Source of the DNA: Candidatus Pacearchaeota archaeon
GTDB taxonomy: Archaea > Nanobdellota > Nanobdellia > Pacearchaeales > GW2011-AR1
Length of the DNA stretch: 64,000 nt
NCBI GenBank assembly: GCA_050303855.1
Contig: JBNLCO010000010.1
Coordinates: 30,207 to 94,206 of the forward strand
Direction: 5' to 3'
Below, piece by piece: positions 46,024 to 55,644 of this stretch; position 1 is the first letter of the stretch; each line of letters begins with the position of its first letter. Under the pieces are notes generated by a model. The model saw only the letters and a list, made by a program, of their open reading frames with translations. It did no database searches and was not told where the DNA came from. The position numbers and the translations under genes are program-made.

Positions 46024-48765
46024 ATGGTAAATTTATCTGAAGAGCAGACAAGAGAGCAATACATTGATGTAGCTTTGAAAGAAGTTGGTTGGCTTGATAA
46101 ATATATGAAGAAGGAAATTAACTCCGTTAAATCTAATTTTGATAAGATGGATTTTAAGCCAGTTAGTGGTGGAATTGAGAAGGGAGAAGATAGATTTATT
46201 GATTACCTTTTGACTGACGACCAAGAGAGGCCTATTGGGATTATTGAAGCAAAGAGATTTAGTTTAGATGCAGAGAAAGGAACAATTCAAGCGAGTGTTT
46301 ATGCTAAAGATATTGAAAAACAAATAGGATTTGTCGTTCCAATTTTTTTGACAAATGGGAAAGAATGGTATTTGAAAGAGGAAGGTTATCCCACAAGAAA
46401 GATTTCGGGTCCTTTTTCACAGAAAGATTTGGATAGAAGATTTCATTTACAGAAAGTCAGGAAAAATTTGTCGAATATTGAAGTACCTCAGGACATAGTA
46501 GATAGGGCTAAAAGTGTCGAAGTTGTGAGGACGATTCTGGAGCACTTAGGTGAAGGACATAGAAACGCTTTGATAAATATGGCTACCGGAACAGGAAAGA
46601 CAAGAGTTGCAATGGCAATAATAAAAAGCTTGATTCATGCAGGTTTTGTTACAAATGTTTTATTTGTTGTGGATAGAATTTCTTTAGGGAGACAAGCTAA
46701 AGCATCTTTTGATGAATTTTTATCTGGAAATCCTTCGAGTTTATTGAATGAAGAAGGAGAGTTTGATTTGAATAAAAATGTTTATGTCTCGACTGTTCAG
46801 ACTTTGATGGCAAAAGATTCTGAGGTTAGCAGGAAATTTCAGAAATTTAGTCCCGGATTTTTTGACTTAATTGTTTTTGATGAGGCTCACAGGTCTTATT
46901 ATGATAAACAGAATTTAATTTTCAAGTATTTTGATTCGATAAAACTTGGATTGACTGCAACTCCTTCGAAAAGTGAAGATAGAAATACTTATGATTTGTT
47001 TGGTTGTGATAGGGGTAAGCCTACAGCTTCTTATACTTACGACGAAGCTGTTAGTGACGAAGTTTTAGTTCCGTATGATGCTCAAATAATTTCTACAAAC
47101 GTTACAGAGCTGGGAATCAGAGGAATAGAATTAGATAAGGAATTGAAAACCGATTTGATCAAACAAGAGGAAGATCCGGATAATTTCGAAGTTCCGGGCA
47201 AGAAATTTGCTAAATATTTTACTGATGAAAAAACCAATGAATTGATTATTAGAGAATTTCTGAATAGGTGTTATAAAGATGAATCAGGAAAACCTTGCAA
47301 GACAATTTTCTTTTGCGTCAATGTAGATCATGCTAAGGCATTAGAGAAAACATTTAGGAAAATTTCTCCCAAATTAGCTGAAAAAGATGTTAGTTTAATT
47401 GTTTCTTCAAGAGATTATTATATGACTGAAGTTGAAAATTTTAAGAAAGATTCAAGTCCGAGAATTGCTTTATCCGTAGGTGTTTTGGATACCGGGGTTG
47501 ATATTCCAGAGGTTTGTAATCTAGTTTTTGTAACACCTGTTTTTTCACACACAAGATTTTGGCAGATGCTTGGGAGAGGAACAAGAAGTATTTCTGCATG
47601 CAAGCATAAAGATTGGCTTCCAGTATTAGAAGAAGTCTATCATGACAAAAGGGATTTTAGGATTTTAGATTTTAAGTTTGGAGATTTTTCAAATGTTAAT
47701 GAACATCAATTAGAGAAAAGTGATAGAAGTAATTCGGGAGAAGATATTAGGATTAAGATATTTAATAAAGAGTTGGATTTACTTGGAAAGAAATTGACAG
47801 ATAAGGAGAGGGCAATTGTTGAGAAACATGTTCTTAATGAGATTAAAAAAATTGATCAGAAATCTTTTATTGTTAGAGACAAAGTTCCGATGATAAAGAA
47901 TTTGGTTTCCAAAAAGTATGATTTGATTGAGCATATTGAAGAAATTCAAAGAGAACTTTCTCCTTTAGTGAGATTTTCTGAATATGGGGATGGAAAAGTC
48001 CAGACATTTATTTCAAAATGTATTGATTTGTTCAGTTTTGTTAAGGCTGGAGATAATGAGGCTGTTGAGAGTGTTAAAGAATTTACAATTGAGAGACTTG
48101 AAAATATTTGGTCTCAGGATTTGACAGAAGTTAAGAATAATAAAGATTTGATTTTAGATATTATGCAGGATAAGTTTTGGGAAGAGTTAGATTTTGAAGA
48201 TATTGATATGTTGATAATTAAAATTTCTCCTTTAATGAGATATTATCAGAAGGAGAAGAAGATGTTGATAAGAATTGATAAGATTGATGAACTTAGAAGT
48301 GTCGAGAGGAAGGTCATGGAAGTTAAGGAAAATCCTAATTTGGAAGAATTTAAGAAAAGTGAGCTTGCACAGAAGATGATTAAGGAAGGGGTTACTTCTG
48401 GGGAGCTTAAGGAGATTGAATCTAAATTGAGGTATTTGAATCCTTCTTGGAGTATTGATAATGTCCAGAAAGTTAAGGATTATATTTTGTTTTTGAGAGA
48501 TATTTTAGATTTGCATGATTTGCCTGACCCGGAGATTATGATTAGGAGAGAATTTGAGAGGTTGATTATACTGGATAATCATAATTTGAATTCAGAGCAG
48601 ATAAGATTTTTGAGGATGCTTGGAACTTTCTTTGCGATTCACAAGAATATTGATAAGAAGGATATTGTTGCACATCCTTTAGGAGATGAAAACCCCCTAA
48701 GTAAGTTTGGAGCTCAGGAGTTAGAAGGAATTCTGGAGAAGGTTAAGGGGATTAGGATGCGGTAG
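46024..48765 (+). CDS. hsdR: type I restriction enzyme R subunit (HsdR)
   Basis: 913 aa. HsdR N-domain. Helicase motif I MATGTGKTRV, motif II VFDEAHRS, and later helicase C-domain blocks. Confidence 0.85.
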   Translation: MVNLSEEQTREQYIDVALKEVGWLDKYMKKEINSVKSNFDKMDFKPVSGGIEKGEDRFIDYLLTDDQERPIGIIEAKRFSLDAEKGTIQASVYAKDIEKQIGFVVPIFLTNGKEWYLKEEGYPTRKISGPFSQKDLDRRFHLQKVRKNLSNIEVPQDIVDRAKSVEVVRTILEHLGEGHRNALINMATGTGKTRVAMAIIKSLIHAGFVTNVLFVVDRISLGRQAKASFDEFLSGNPSSLLNEEGEFDLNKNVYVSTVQTLMAKDSEVSRKFQKFSPGFFDLIVFDEAHRSYYDKQNLIFKYFDSIKLGLTATPSKSEDRNTYDLFGCDRGKPTASYTYDEAVSDEVLVPYDAQIISTNVTELGIRGIELDKELKTDLIKQEEDPDNFEVPGKKFAKYFTDEKTNELIIREFLNRCYKDESGKPCKTIFFCVNVDHAKALEKTFRKISPKLAEKDVSLIVSSRDYYMTEVENFKKDSSPRIALSVGVLDTGVDIPEVCNLVFVTPVFSHTRFWQMLGRGTRSISACKHKDWLPVLEEVYHDKRDFRILDFKFGDFSNVNEHQLEKSDRSNSGEDIRIKIFNKELDLLGKKLTDKERAIVEKHVLNEIKKIDQKSFIVRDKVPMIKNLVSKKYDLIEHIEEIQRELSPLVRFSEYGDGKVQTFISKCIDLFSFVKAGDNEAVESVKEFTIERLENIWSQDLTEVKNNKDLILDIMQDKFWEELDFEDIDMLIIKISPLMRYYQKEKKMLIRIDKIDELRSVERKVMEVKENPNLEEFKKSELAQKMIKEGVTSGELKEIESKLRYLNPSWSIDNVQKVKDYILFLRDILDLHDLPDPEIMIRREFERLIILDNHNLNSEQIRFLRMLGTFFAIHKNIDKKDIVAHPLGDENPLSKFGAQELEGILEKVKGIRMR

Positions 48766-48850
48766 TTCGTAATTTATACAAAAAGCGAACAATCATGTCT
48801 ATAATGTAGACCATACAAATATTTATATACTGGAATGTTATTGGTTTTGT

Positions 48851-49255
48851 ATGGTTAGCAAAACTGACGCAGATTATAGGACTGTTTCAACGAAGATAAA
48901 AAGAGATCCGACGTTTTTGGATTTTGATCAAATCTGCAAACAAGAAGGAAAAACACATAGTTCAAAGATTAAGGAATTAATTGAAAAAGATAATGCGAAA
49001 AAGAAGAGACCTTATTTTTTTGCTGGAAATATTCGAGTAAAGTATAATCCTGCTTTGAATAATTATTCGGTTAAAGCTCTTCTTGAAGACGGAGAAGAAG
49101 TTGTAATCTGGGAAAATCTCTCTGAAGAGTTTGTTAAATCTTTGAGAAATGAAATTGGTTCTGCGGTTGAAATGAGAAATCATTTCGTTCATGGTCTTGG
49201 GAAGGATGGCAAGGTTGCAATTCCCGGAGAAGAAGTTGGAGGTGAAGGGGAATGA
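48851..49255 (+). CDS. hypothetical protein (first gene of block embedded in type I RM locus)
   Basis: 134 aa and soluble. Its stop overlaps the next start. Confidence 0.35.
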   Translation: MVSKTDADYRTVSTKIKRDPTFLDFDQICKQEGKTHSSKIKELIEKDNAKKKRPYFFAGNIRVKYNPALNNYSVKALLEDGEEVVIWENLSEEFVKSLRNEIGSAVEMRNHFVHGLGKDGKVAIPGEEVGGEGE

Positions 49256-49569
49256 GTAAGCTACTTTGGACAATTTTTGTTACTGCGCTACTTGCAGGAA
49301 TTTTCTTTGGAGTATGGATAAAAACAGGGATTAATCCGGATCCTCAATCTCAATTGATTGATGTAGGAAAATTGTTTTGCAAAAGTGTTCCTAACAATCC
49401 TGCTTCTTCAAGTTGTTCCCTTAACATGGCTTTATTAGGTTTAGTTGCAACTCTTGGAGGGATATTTGAAATTGTTTCTTTAGTTTCAAAGTCAAAAAAT
49501 GTCTGGTTAGGAATTATAACTTATGTTGGAGGTTTTTTACTAGGAATAATCTTAGTTTTGGCAAGTTAA
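49252..49569 (+). CDS. small membrane protein (3 TM)
   Basis: 105 aa. Translationally coupled to its neighbours. Confidence 0.4.
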   Translation: MSKLLWTIFVTALLAGIFFGVWIKTGINPDPQSQLIDVGKLFCKSVPNNPASSSCSLNMALLGLVATLGGIFEIVSLVSKSKNVWLGIITYVGGFLLGIILVLAS

Positions 49570-49570
49570 A

Positions 49571-50035
49571 ATGAAGAAAAGTAAGAATAATTTGAAAGCA
49601 AATATATTGGGAGTTTATCTTCTTTTAATTTTAATCATCTTTGTTTCCATAGGAATAAGAATATATTTGAATCAACCTCAAAATAAGCTTCTTTTATCTT
49701 TGGTAATAATTGCTTGTTCTGGAGGAATTGGAGGAACCCTCTATTCTATAAGAGGATTTTATCAAAATTTAGGTCAAGGAATTTTTAATTTTGACAACTG
49801 GGTTTGGTGGTATATTTTTAGACCTGTAATGAGTTCAGCCATAGGAGTTTTTGTTTATTTCTTGATTGTAGGAGGGTTGTTGAGTATAGGGAATATTTCT
49901 GAAGTTAATTATTCGAAAGGGCTTATGTTTTATTCAGCAATTGCATTTTTAGCAGGATTTTCATTTACCCAATTTGCAAATAAATTGGAAGAAATTGCCT
50001 CGACAATTTTCTCAAAGAAGGAGGAAAAGAAATGA
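49571..50035 (+). CDS. membrane protein (4 TM)
   Basis: 154 aa. Its stop overlaps the next start. Confidence 0.4.
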   Translation: MKKSKNNLKANILGVYLLLILIIFVSIGIRIYLNQPQNKLLLSLVIIACSGGIGGTLYSIRGFYQNLGQGIFNFDNWVWWYIFRPVMSSAIGVFVYFLIVGGLLSIGNISEVNYSKGLMFYSAIAFLAGFSFTQFANKLEEIASTIFSKKEEKK

Positions 50036-50886
50036 CAATGACTATTAAAATTTGGGATGTTTTGCAAGGACTTGCAGTCTGGATCAGGACTCCTAATGGA
50101 AAAGATATTGTTATTGATGCAGGAGTTCATTCAAATGGATTTAGCCCGATTTATAATTTGAATAAAAAACACAATGTAGCTAGAATTGATTATGCAATAA
50201 TTACTCACCCTCATAAAGATCATATCGATGAAATTGAAAATTTAGTTTATCTTAATCCAGAAGTTTTGAGAATTCCAAAACATCTTAATGAAGAGGATAT
50301 TTTATGGGATCAAATAAGAGACAAAGATAAAAAATTGTTTGAAGCTTTTTTTGATCTTAAGAAAAGATATACTTCAAATGTCCAACCTAATAATGATCCT
50401 AGTAAACCTGAGAATTATGGGGGAATTAAAATCAAGACTTTTTGTTCAGAGAATTGTTCCAGAACTAATTTAAACAACCATAGCATTGTAACTCTCTTAG
50501 AATATGCTGGAAGTAAGATCTTGATTCCGGGAGATAATGAAGAAGAATCCTGGGATGAACTTTTTAGAAGAAAAGATTTTGTGGAATCTATAAAAGGAAC
50601 AAATATTCTTGTAGCGTCGCATCATGGCAGAAAAAGTGGACATCATTTAGGGCTTTTTGATTATATCAAGCCTAGTTTAATTATAATCTCCGATGGGCCT
50701 GCAAAACCGACTAATGCCGTAAGTGATTATTCCCTAAATGTTCACGAAGAGGGATGGCTTATCCATAAGCCAGATAATACTTCAGAAAAAAGAAAAATTC
50801 TAACTACGAGAAAAGATGGTATGATAAAAATCGATTGTTATTCCAATTCTGGGACTAATTATTGTATCGTTACAAAATCAAAATGA
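50032..50886 (+). CDS. metallo-beta-lactamase-fold protein, ComEC/Rec2 C-terminal-domain-like
   Basis: IWDVLQGLAVWIRTPNGKDIVIDAG (compare ComEC LDVGQGDA...ILIDTG), ITHPHKDHI, and LVASHHGRKSG (compare ComEC HHGS). Confidence 0.55.
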   Translation: MTMTIKIWDVLQGLAVWIRTPNGKDIVIDAGVHSNGFSPIYNLNKKHNVARIDYAIITHPHKDHIDEIENLVYLNPEVLRIPKHLNEEDILWDQIRDKDKKLFEAFFDLKKRYTSNVQPNNDPSKPENYGGIKIKTFCSENCSRTNLNNHSIVTLLEYAGSKILIPGDNEEESWDELFRRKDFVESIKGTNILVASHHGRKSGHHLGLFDYIKPSLIIISDGPAKPTNAVSDYSLNVHEEGWLIHKPDNTSEKRKILTTRKDGMIKIDCYSNSGTNYCIVTKSK

Positions 50887-52100
50887 GAACACAACAAAAA
50901 ACTAAACCTGAATGGAAAGAAATTGGACTTGGAGAAATCTTGGAATTTATTAGAAATGGTTTGAATATAAGTCAGTTTGAAGAGGGCAATTATCCAATTA
51001 CCAGAATTGAAACCATTTGGCATTCTAAAATTGATACAAAGCGAGTTAAATATTGCAATCCCTCAGATGAACAAATCAATAATTACTCGTTAAAAGAAGG
51101 AGATATTTTATTTAGCCATATTAATAGTCCAACCCATATAGGAAAGACTGGAATTTATGAAGGTATTCCAAAAATAATTATCCATGGAATAAATTTACTT
51201 TTATTGAGACCAAAGAGAACTTTGGTTTACCCAAAATATCTGGATTATTTTTTGAAAACAAAAAATATAAGGAAATTCTTTGAAATTAGATGTAAGAAAG
51301 CGGTTAATCAAGCAAGTTTGAATCAAAAAGCAATAACTTCAATAAAAATCCCCCTCCCATTCCTCGACGGAAAACCAGACTTAGAAACACAAAAACAAAT
51401 CGTCGCAGTTTTGGAAAAAGCTGAAAGTTTGAAACAAAAACAGAAAAGAGTTTTGGAACTTTATGACGAATATTTGAAGAGTGTTTTTTGGGAGATGTTT
51501 TTAAAAGATAAAGAAAATTGGGAAGAAAAAAGTTTGGGTGAAGTTGCTAAATTATCAATGGGTGGAACTCCTTCCACAATTGTAGAAAGTTATTGGAAAG
51601 ATGGAACAATTAATTGGATGAAATCTGGAGATATTAAAGGAGATTTTATTTTTGAAATCCCAAATAAGATAACTGAAGAAGGTTTCAAAAACTCCAACGC
51701 AACTATTTATCCTATTGGAACGGTTGTAATTGCATTAAATGGTCAAGGAAAAACAAGAGGTACAACTTCAATACTAAAAGTTGAAACTACAAGTAATCAG
51801 TCTGTCGTTGGAATAATGGTGGATAAGGAAAAAATCATTTCTGAATATTTACATTTTAATCTAAAATTAAGATATAACGAATTAAGAAACCTAACAGGTG
51901 ATGATGCAAGAACAGGATTAAATCTGACAATTTTAAGAAACCTAAAAGTCCCTCTCCCCCCTCTCCCCATCCAACAAACATTCGCAAACATCGTTGAGAA
52001 AGTTGAGAAATTAAAAGAAAAACAAAAGAAAAGTCTTGAAGATTCTGAGGAATTATTTAATGCTTTGATGCAGAGGGCTTTTCGGGGGGAGTTGAGTTAA
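50862..52100 (+). CDS. hsdS: type I restriction-modification specificity subunit (HsdS)
   Basis: 412 aa with two target-recognition halves. Each is followed by a conserved coiled-coil repeat (IKIPLPFLDGKPDLETQKQIVAVLEKAESLKQKQ / LKVPLPPLPIQQTFANIVEKVEKLKEKQ). Confidence 0.8.
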   Translation: MYRYKIKMRTQQKTKPEWKEIGLGEILEFIRNGLNISQFEEGNYPITRIETIWHSKIDTKRVKYCNPSDEQINNYSLKEGDILFSHINSPTHIGKTGIYEGIPKIIIHGINLLLLRPKRTLVYPKYLDYFLKTKNIRKFFEIRCKKAVNQASLNQKAITSIKIPLPFLDGKPDLETQKQIVAVLEKAESLKQKQKRVLELYDEYLKSVFWEMFLKDKENWEEKSLGEVAKLSMGGTPSTIVESYWKDGTINWMKSGDIKGDFIFEIPNKITEEGFKNSNATIYPIGTVVIALNGQGKTRGTTSILKVETTSNQSVVGIMVDKEKIISEYLHFNLKLRYNELRNLTGDDARTGLNLTILRNLKVPLPPLPIQQTFANIVEKVEKLKEKQKKSLEDSEELFNALMQRAFRGELS

Positions 52101-52101
52101 T

Positions 52102-52605
52102 ATGAATTGGGAAGAAATAAAAAAGGAACTTGCAAAAACTTGGATATTGTTTTTATTTTTTGGTTTGTTCTTTTTAATTATAAGTGCATTCATTAATGCA
52201 GGAATAAATAATTGGGTAAATAGTAAGTCCCAAGGTCCTCCATGCAGGATAGATATTCCCATAGAGGAATTTAGTGTTGAAAATAATACCAACTTTAATT
52301 TAGAATATTTGTTCATAAATCTTAGAGATAAAAATTTACAGATTGAAGGTATCTCAGCGTTTTGTTATTGGAGGTCGGAGGAGGATTTGAACAAAAATAT
52401 AAAATCTGTAACTAACCCTCCTTCAATAGACCAAATTTCTACACCTCAAGAACTACCTCAAATAGAAGCTTCTAAGTCTCAAGTTAAAGTTGCCTCATGT
52501 AAATCCCCGGAATATTTAGGAGATTACAAAATAAGAATAATTGTACAAACTACAGATGGATCTTGTGAAGGAAATGTTATCATGGAGGTTAAAAATGACT
52601 CTTAG
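52102..52605 (+). CDS. membrane-anchored extracytoplasmic protein
   Basis: 167 aa with an N-terminal TM helix and four Cys in the ectodomain. Confidence 0.35.
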   Translation: MNWEEIKKELAKTWILFLFFGLFFLIISAFINAGINNWVNSKSQGPPCRIDIPIEEFSVENNTNFNLEYLFINLRDKNLQIEGISAFCYWRSEEDLNKNIKSVTNPPSIDQISTPQELPQIEASKSQVKVASCKSPEYLGDYKIRIIVQTTDGSCEGNVIMEVKNDS

Positions 52606-53020
52606 TCCAAGAATGATGATGTTTTTAGGAATTGTTCTGGTCATTGTTTTATTCGGAGGAAGTATTTGGGATACAATCGATAATTCAATACAATCTGTAA
52701 TAAGCGGTCCAGAATATTGTTTTACAGATATCTCCCAATCAGAAATCGCAGTTGCTGCTCAAGGAGTTTCAGTAAAATATACAAAAACAGAAGGGGACGA
52801 ACTTTGTTTTAGAACAAAAGATACCTCAATCGTTGAAAGATTAAATCAACAAATTCAGGATAGAAAACTACAAGAACAATTGGCAGAAACAGAAGCAAGA
52901 AGACAATTTTGGAATGAAACTTTTCCCAAATTATTTTTATTTACTCTTGTAGCAATCGTTTTAATAATATTAATAATCTCTTTGTCAAATAGAAACAATA
53001 ATTACGGAGGTTGGCCTTAA
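52597..53020 (+). CDS. bitopic membrane protein (N- and C-terminal TM helices)
   Basis: About 141 aa from MTLSPRMMMFLGIVLVIVLF. The table ORF begins at 52541. Confidence 0.3.
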
Positions 53021-53308
53021 ATGAAAAATAAAACCTCTCCAAAAAACTCCCCAGAAAAATATTATATCTGTCCAGAATGTGGAGAATTGTCTACTTATAG
53101 TCTACAAATTGAAAGTGCATCTCAAGGAGGGTTGCCTTATTGTTATTGTGAATTTAATAATGGAAGAATCTTCATATCATATAAAAGAATAAACAAAAAA
53201 TTATGGCAAGAGTTAAAAGATTTGAAAACTGATAAATTACGTCTAAAAGCTTATTTGAAATATAAAGTTGAAAAGGGGAAAACTAAAAATGATAAAAAAC
53301 AACATTAA
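53021..53308 (+). CDS. small zinc-ribbon protein
   Basis: 95 aa with CPECG...CYCEF cysteine pairs. Confidence 0.35.
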   Translation: MKNKTSPKNSPEKYYICPECGELSTYSLQIESASQGGLPYCYCEFNNGRIFISYKRINKKLWQELKDLKTDKLRLKAYLKYKVEKGKTKNDKKQH

Positions 53309-54011
53309 TTGTGATTTATTTCAAACAGGTTATCTTGATGAAAGTGGGGATGATGGAAGAAAAGGGAGTAAGTGGTTTATTATGGCTTATATTTGTACAA
53401 AAGATGGAAAGAAGATTGCAAAGATTCTAAAAAAAACAAAAGAACAATTAAGAAGAACAAAAAAAGGAGAGAGATGGTTGAATAAACTTGGAGGAGAGAT
53501 AAAATTTGCAGGTTTTCCAGATGAAGGATTAAGACTAAAATTGTTGGAAAGTTTGTCCAAAATTTGTTTTGATATCAGGTTTATTGCAATACAAAAGGAG
53601 GGTCAAAATATTCCTGAATCTGAGAAAGAACAAATATTATTTGATTTACTTGCTGAGAGTTTTATGAATCATAAAAACATGCCTTCAAAAATTATTGCCG
53701 ATAAAGATTATTTTAGAAATAAGAAGCTTTGTTCGCTTGCCGTGAAGAATTATAAAGAGGAGATTTATGGAGACGGAAATGAAACAAAGTTTTCATTCGA
53801 GGTTTTTTTACTTGATGAAGGAAAGGAAAGGAAAGACTATGATTTGGTTATAAAAATAAGGCATGAGAATTCTAAAGAGCATCCAGAACTTCAAGCAGTT
53901 GATTTAGTTAGTGGATCTTTGTTTCAGGAATTTGAAAATAAGGATAAAACATATACAGACATTTTAAGGAAAAATATTAAAATAAAAGGAGTTGTCAAGA
54001 AAATAAAATGA
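53268..54011 (+). CDS. DUF3800-like protein
   Basis: 247 aa. The N-terminus TGYLDESGD resembles the DUF3800 Y-x-DESG start motif. Confidence 0.4.
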   Translation: MKRGKLKMIKNNINCDLFQTGYLDESGDDGRKGSKWFIMAYICTKDGKKIAKILKKTKEQLRRTKKGERWLNKLGGEIKFAGFPDEGLRLKLLESLSKICFDIRFIAIQKEGQNIPESEKEQILFDLLAESFMNHKNMPSKIIADKDYFRNKKLCSLAVKNYKEEIYGDGNETKFSFEVFLLDEGKERKDYDLVIKIRHENSKEHPELQAVDLVSGSLFQEFENKDKTYTDILRKNIKIKGVVKKIK

Positions 54012-54186
54012 TCCAAGCATTACAAAACCCTCCTACTTGTCGATCTTGTCCACATAAGCAGGCAAGCATCCCCGAAGGTACTCCTTTCGAGAGGGATTTT
54101 ATATGTAATAGTAATTATAATTATAACAACTTTTTAAACTTTTCGTGTAATGTTTTCAAAGTAACAACACAAAGGAGATATTAAAT

Positions 54187-55644
54187 ATGTTAGATACAGA
54201 ACTTAAATCAAAAATAAAGAAATTATGGGATAGATTTTGGAGTGGAGGAATTACCAACCCTATTTATGCAATTGAGCAAATGTCATATCTGCTTTTTATG
54301 AGAAAATTAGAAGATGAGGATTCCAAAAGAATACAAGAAGCTAATTTTACTGGAGAGAAATACAATTCTATTTTCAAAGATTACGAAGACTGCAAATGGT
54401 CTTCATGGACTAAGAAAAACCCCGATGACATATTAAGTTTTGTTAGAAATAATGTTTTTCCATTTATGGCAAATTTAGGAGGAAAAGGTTCTCTATATTC
54501 ACAATATATGAAAGAAGCAAATTTTGGAATCCCTACTTCTTCGTTGCTAATTGAAGCTGTCAATATAATTAATGATATGCACATAAAAGAACAGAATCAG
54601 GATACCCAAGGAGATCTTTATGAGTTCTTGCTTTCTGAATTGCAATCTTCAGGGAAAAATGGTCAGTTTAGAACTCCAAGGCATATTATTCGGATGATGG
54701 TCGAAATTGCAAATCCTAAAATTGGAGATAGGATTTTGGATCCAGCCTGTGGAACAGCGGGATTTTTAGTTAATGCTTACCAATACATTTTGGAGAAAAA
54801 CAAAAGGGAAGGGGTTAGCACACTTGATATAAATAAAAAGAAAATTCTTGACGAAGAATCACTTTTTGGATATGATATTGATCAAACCATGGTAAGAATT
54901 TCTTTAATGAATTTGATGATGCATGGAATAAAAAATCCAAATATTGAAAGCATAAACTGCCTTTCCAGAATTGGAGACGAGAAAATTAAGGAAGATTTCT
55001 ACGACGTTGTTTTAGCAAATCCTCCATTCAAGGGAAGTATAAATCAATCAGAGATAAGTGATAGGTTTAGAATTAAGACAAAAAAGACTGAAATTTTATT
55101 TTTAGAATTAATGTTTCATTCATTATCTCCAGGAGGAAAGTGTGCAGTTATTGTTCCGGATGGAGTTTTGTTTGGAAATTCAAATGCTCATAAGAATATA
55201 AGGGAATTAATATTGAAGAAATGCCGATTAGATGCAGTTATAAAAATGCCTTCCGGAGTTTTCAAACCTTATGCGGGAGTTTCCACAGCAGTCTTATTTT
55301 TTGTAAAGGGAGAGCCCACAAAAAAAGTTTGGTTTTATGACATGCAATCTGATGGTTTCAGTTTAGATGATAAAAGAACGATTATTGGTGATGGAAAAGG
55401 AGATATTCCGGATATTCTAGAAAGATTTGAAAATAGGTTTGATGAAAAAAATGAAAACCGCTCAGAAAAACATTTTTTTGTTCCAATAGAAGAAATAGAA
55501 AATAATGATTTTGATTTAAGCATTTCAAAGTATAAGAAAATAGAATATGAAGAACCGGAATATAGAAAATCTTCCGAAATCTTGAAAGATTTAGAAAAGG
55601 AAAACAAAGACATTGGAGAGTTGATAAAAGGTTTGAAGGATTAG
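54187..55644 (+). CDS. hsdM: type I restriction-modification N6-adenine DNA methyltransferase (HsdM)
   Basis: 485 aa. HsdM N-domain. Motif I LDPACGTAGFLV. Motif IV LANPPFKGS. Confidence 0.85.
   Translation: MLDTELKSKIKKLWDRFWSGGITNPIYAIEQMSYLLFMRKLEDEDSKRIQEANFTGEKYNSIFKDYEDCKWSSWTKKNPDDILSFVRNNVFPFMANLGGKGSLYSQYMKEANFGIPTSSLLIEAVNIINDMHIKEQNQDTQGDLYEFLLSELQSSGKNGQFRTPRHIIRMMVEIANPKIGDRILDPACGTAGFLVNAYQYILEKNKREGVSTLDINKKKILDEESLFGYDIDQTMVRISLMNLMMHGIKNPNIESINCLSRIGDEKIKEDFYDVVLANPPFKGSINQSEISDRFRIKTKKTEILFLELMFHSLSPGGKCAVIVPDGVLFGNSNAHKNIRELILKKCRLDAVIKMPSGVFKPYAGVSTAVLFFVKGEPTKKVWFYDMQSDGFSLDDKRTIIGDGKGDIPDILERFENRFDEKNENRSEKHFFVPIEEIENNDFDLSISKYKKIEYEEPEYRKSSEILKDLEKENKDIGELIKGLKD

Noticed and set aside
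47418-47603. Antisense ORF within hsdR, and similar ORFs at 54381-54584 and 55335-55687 within hsdM
   Set aside because: They are embedded in strongly supported helicase and methyltransferase genes.
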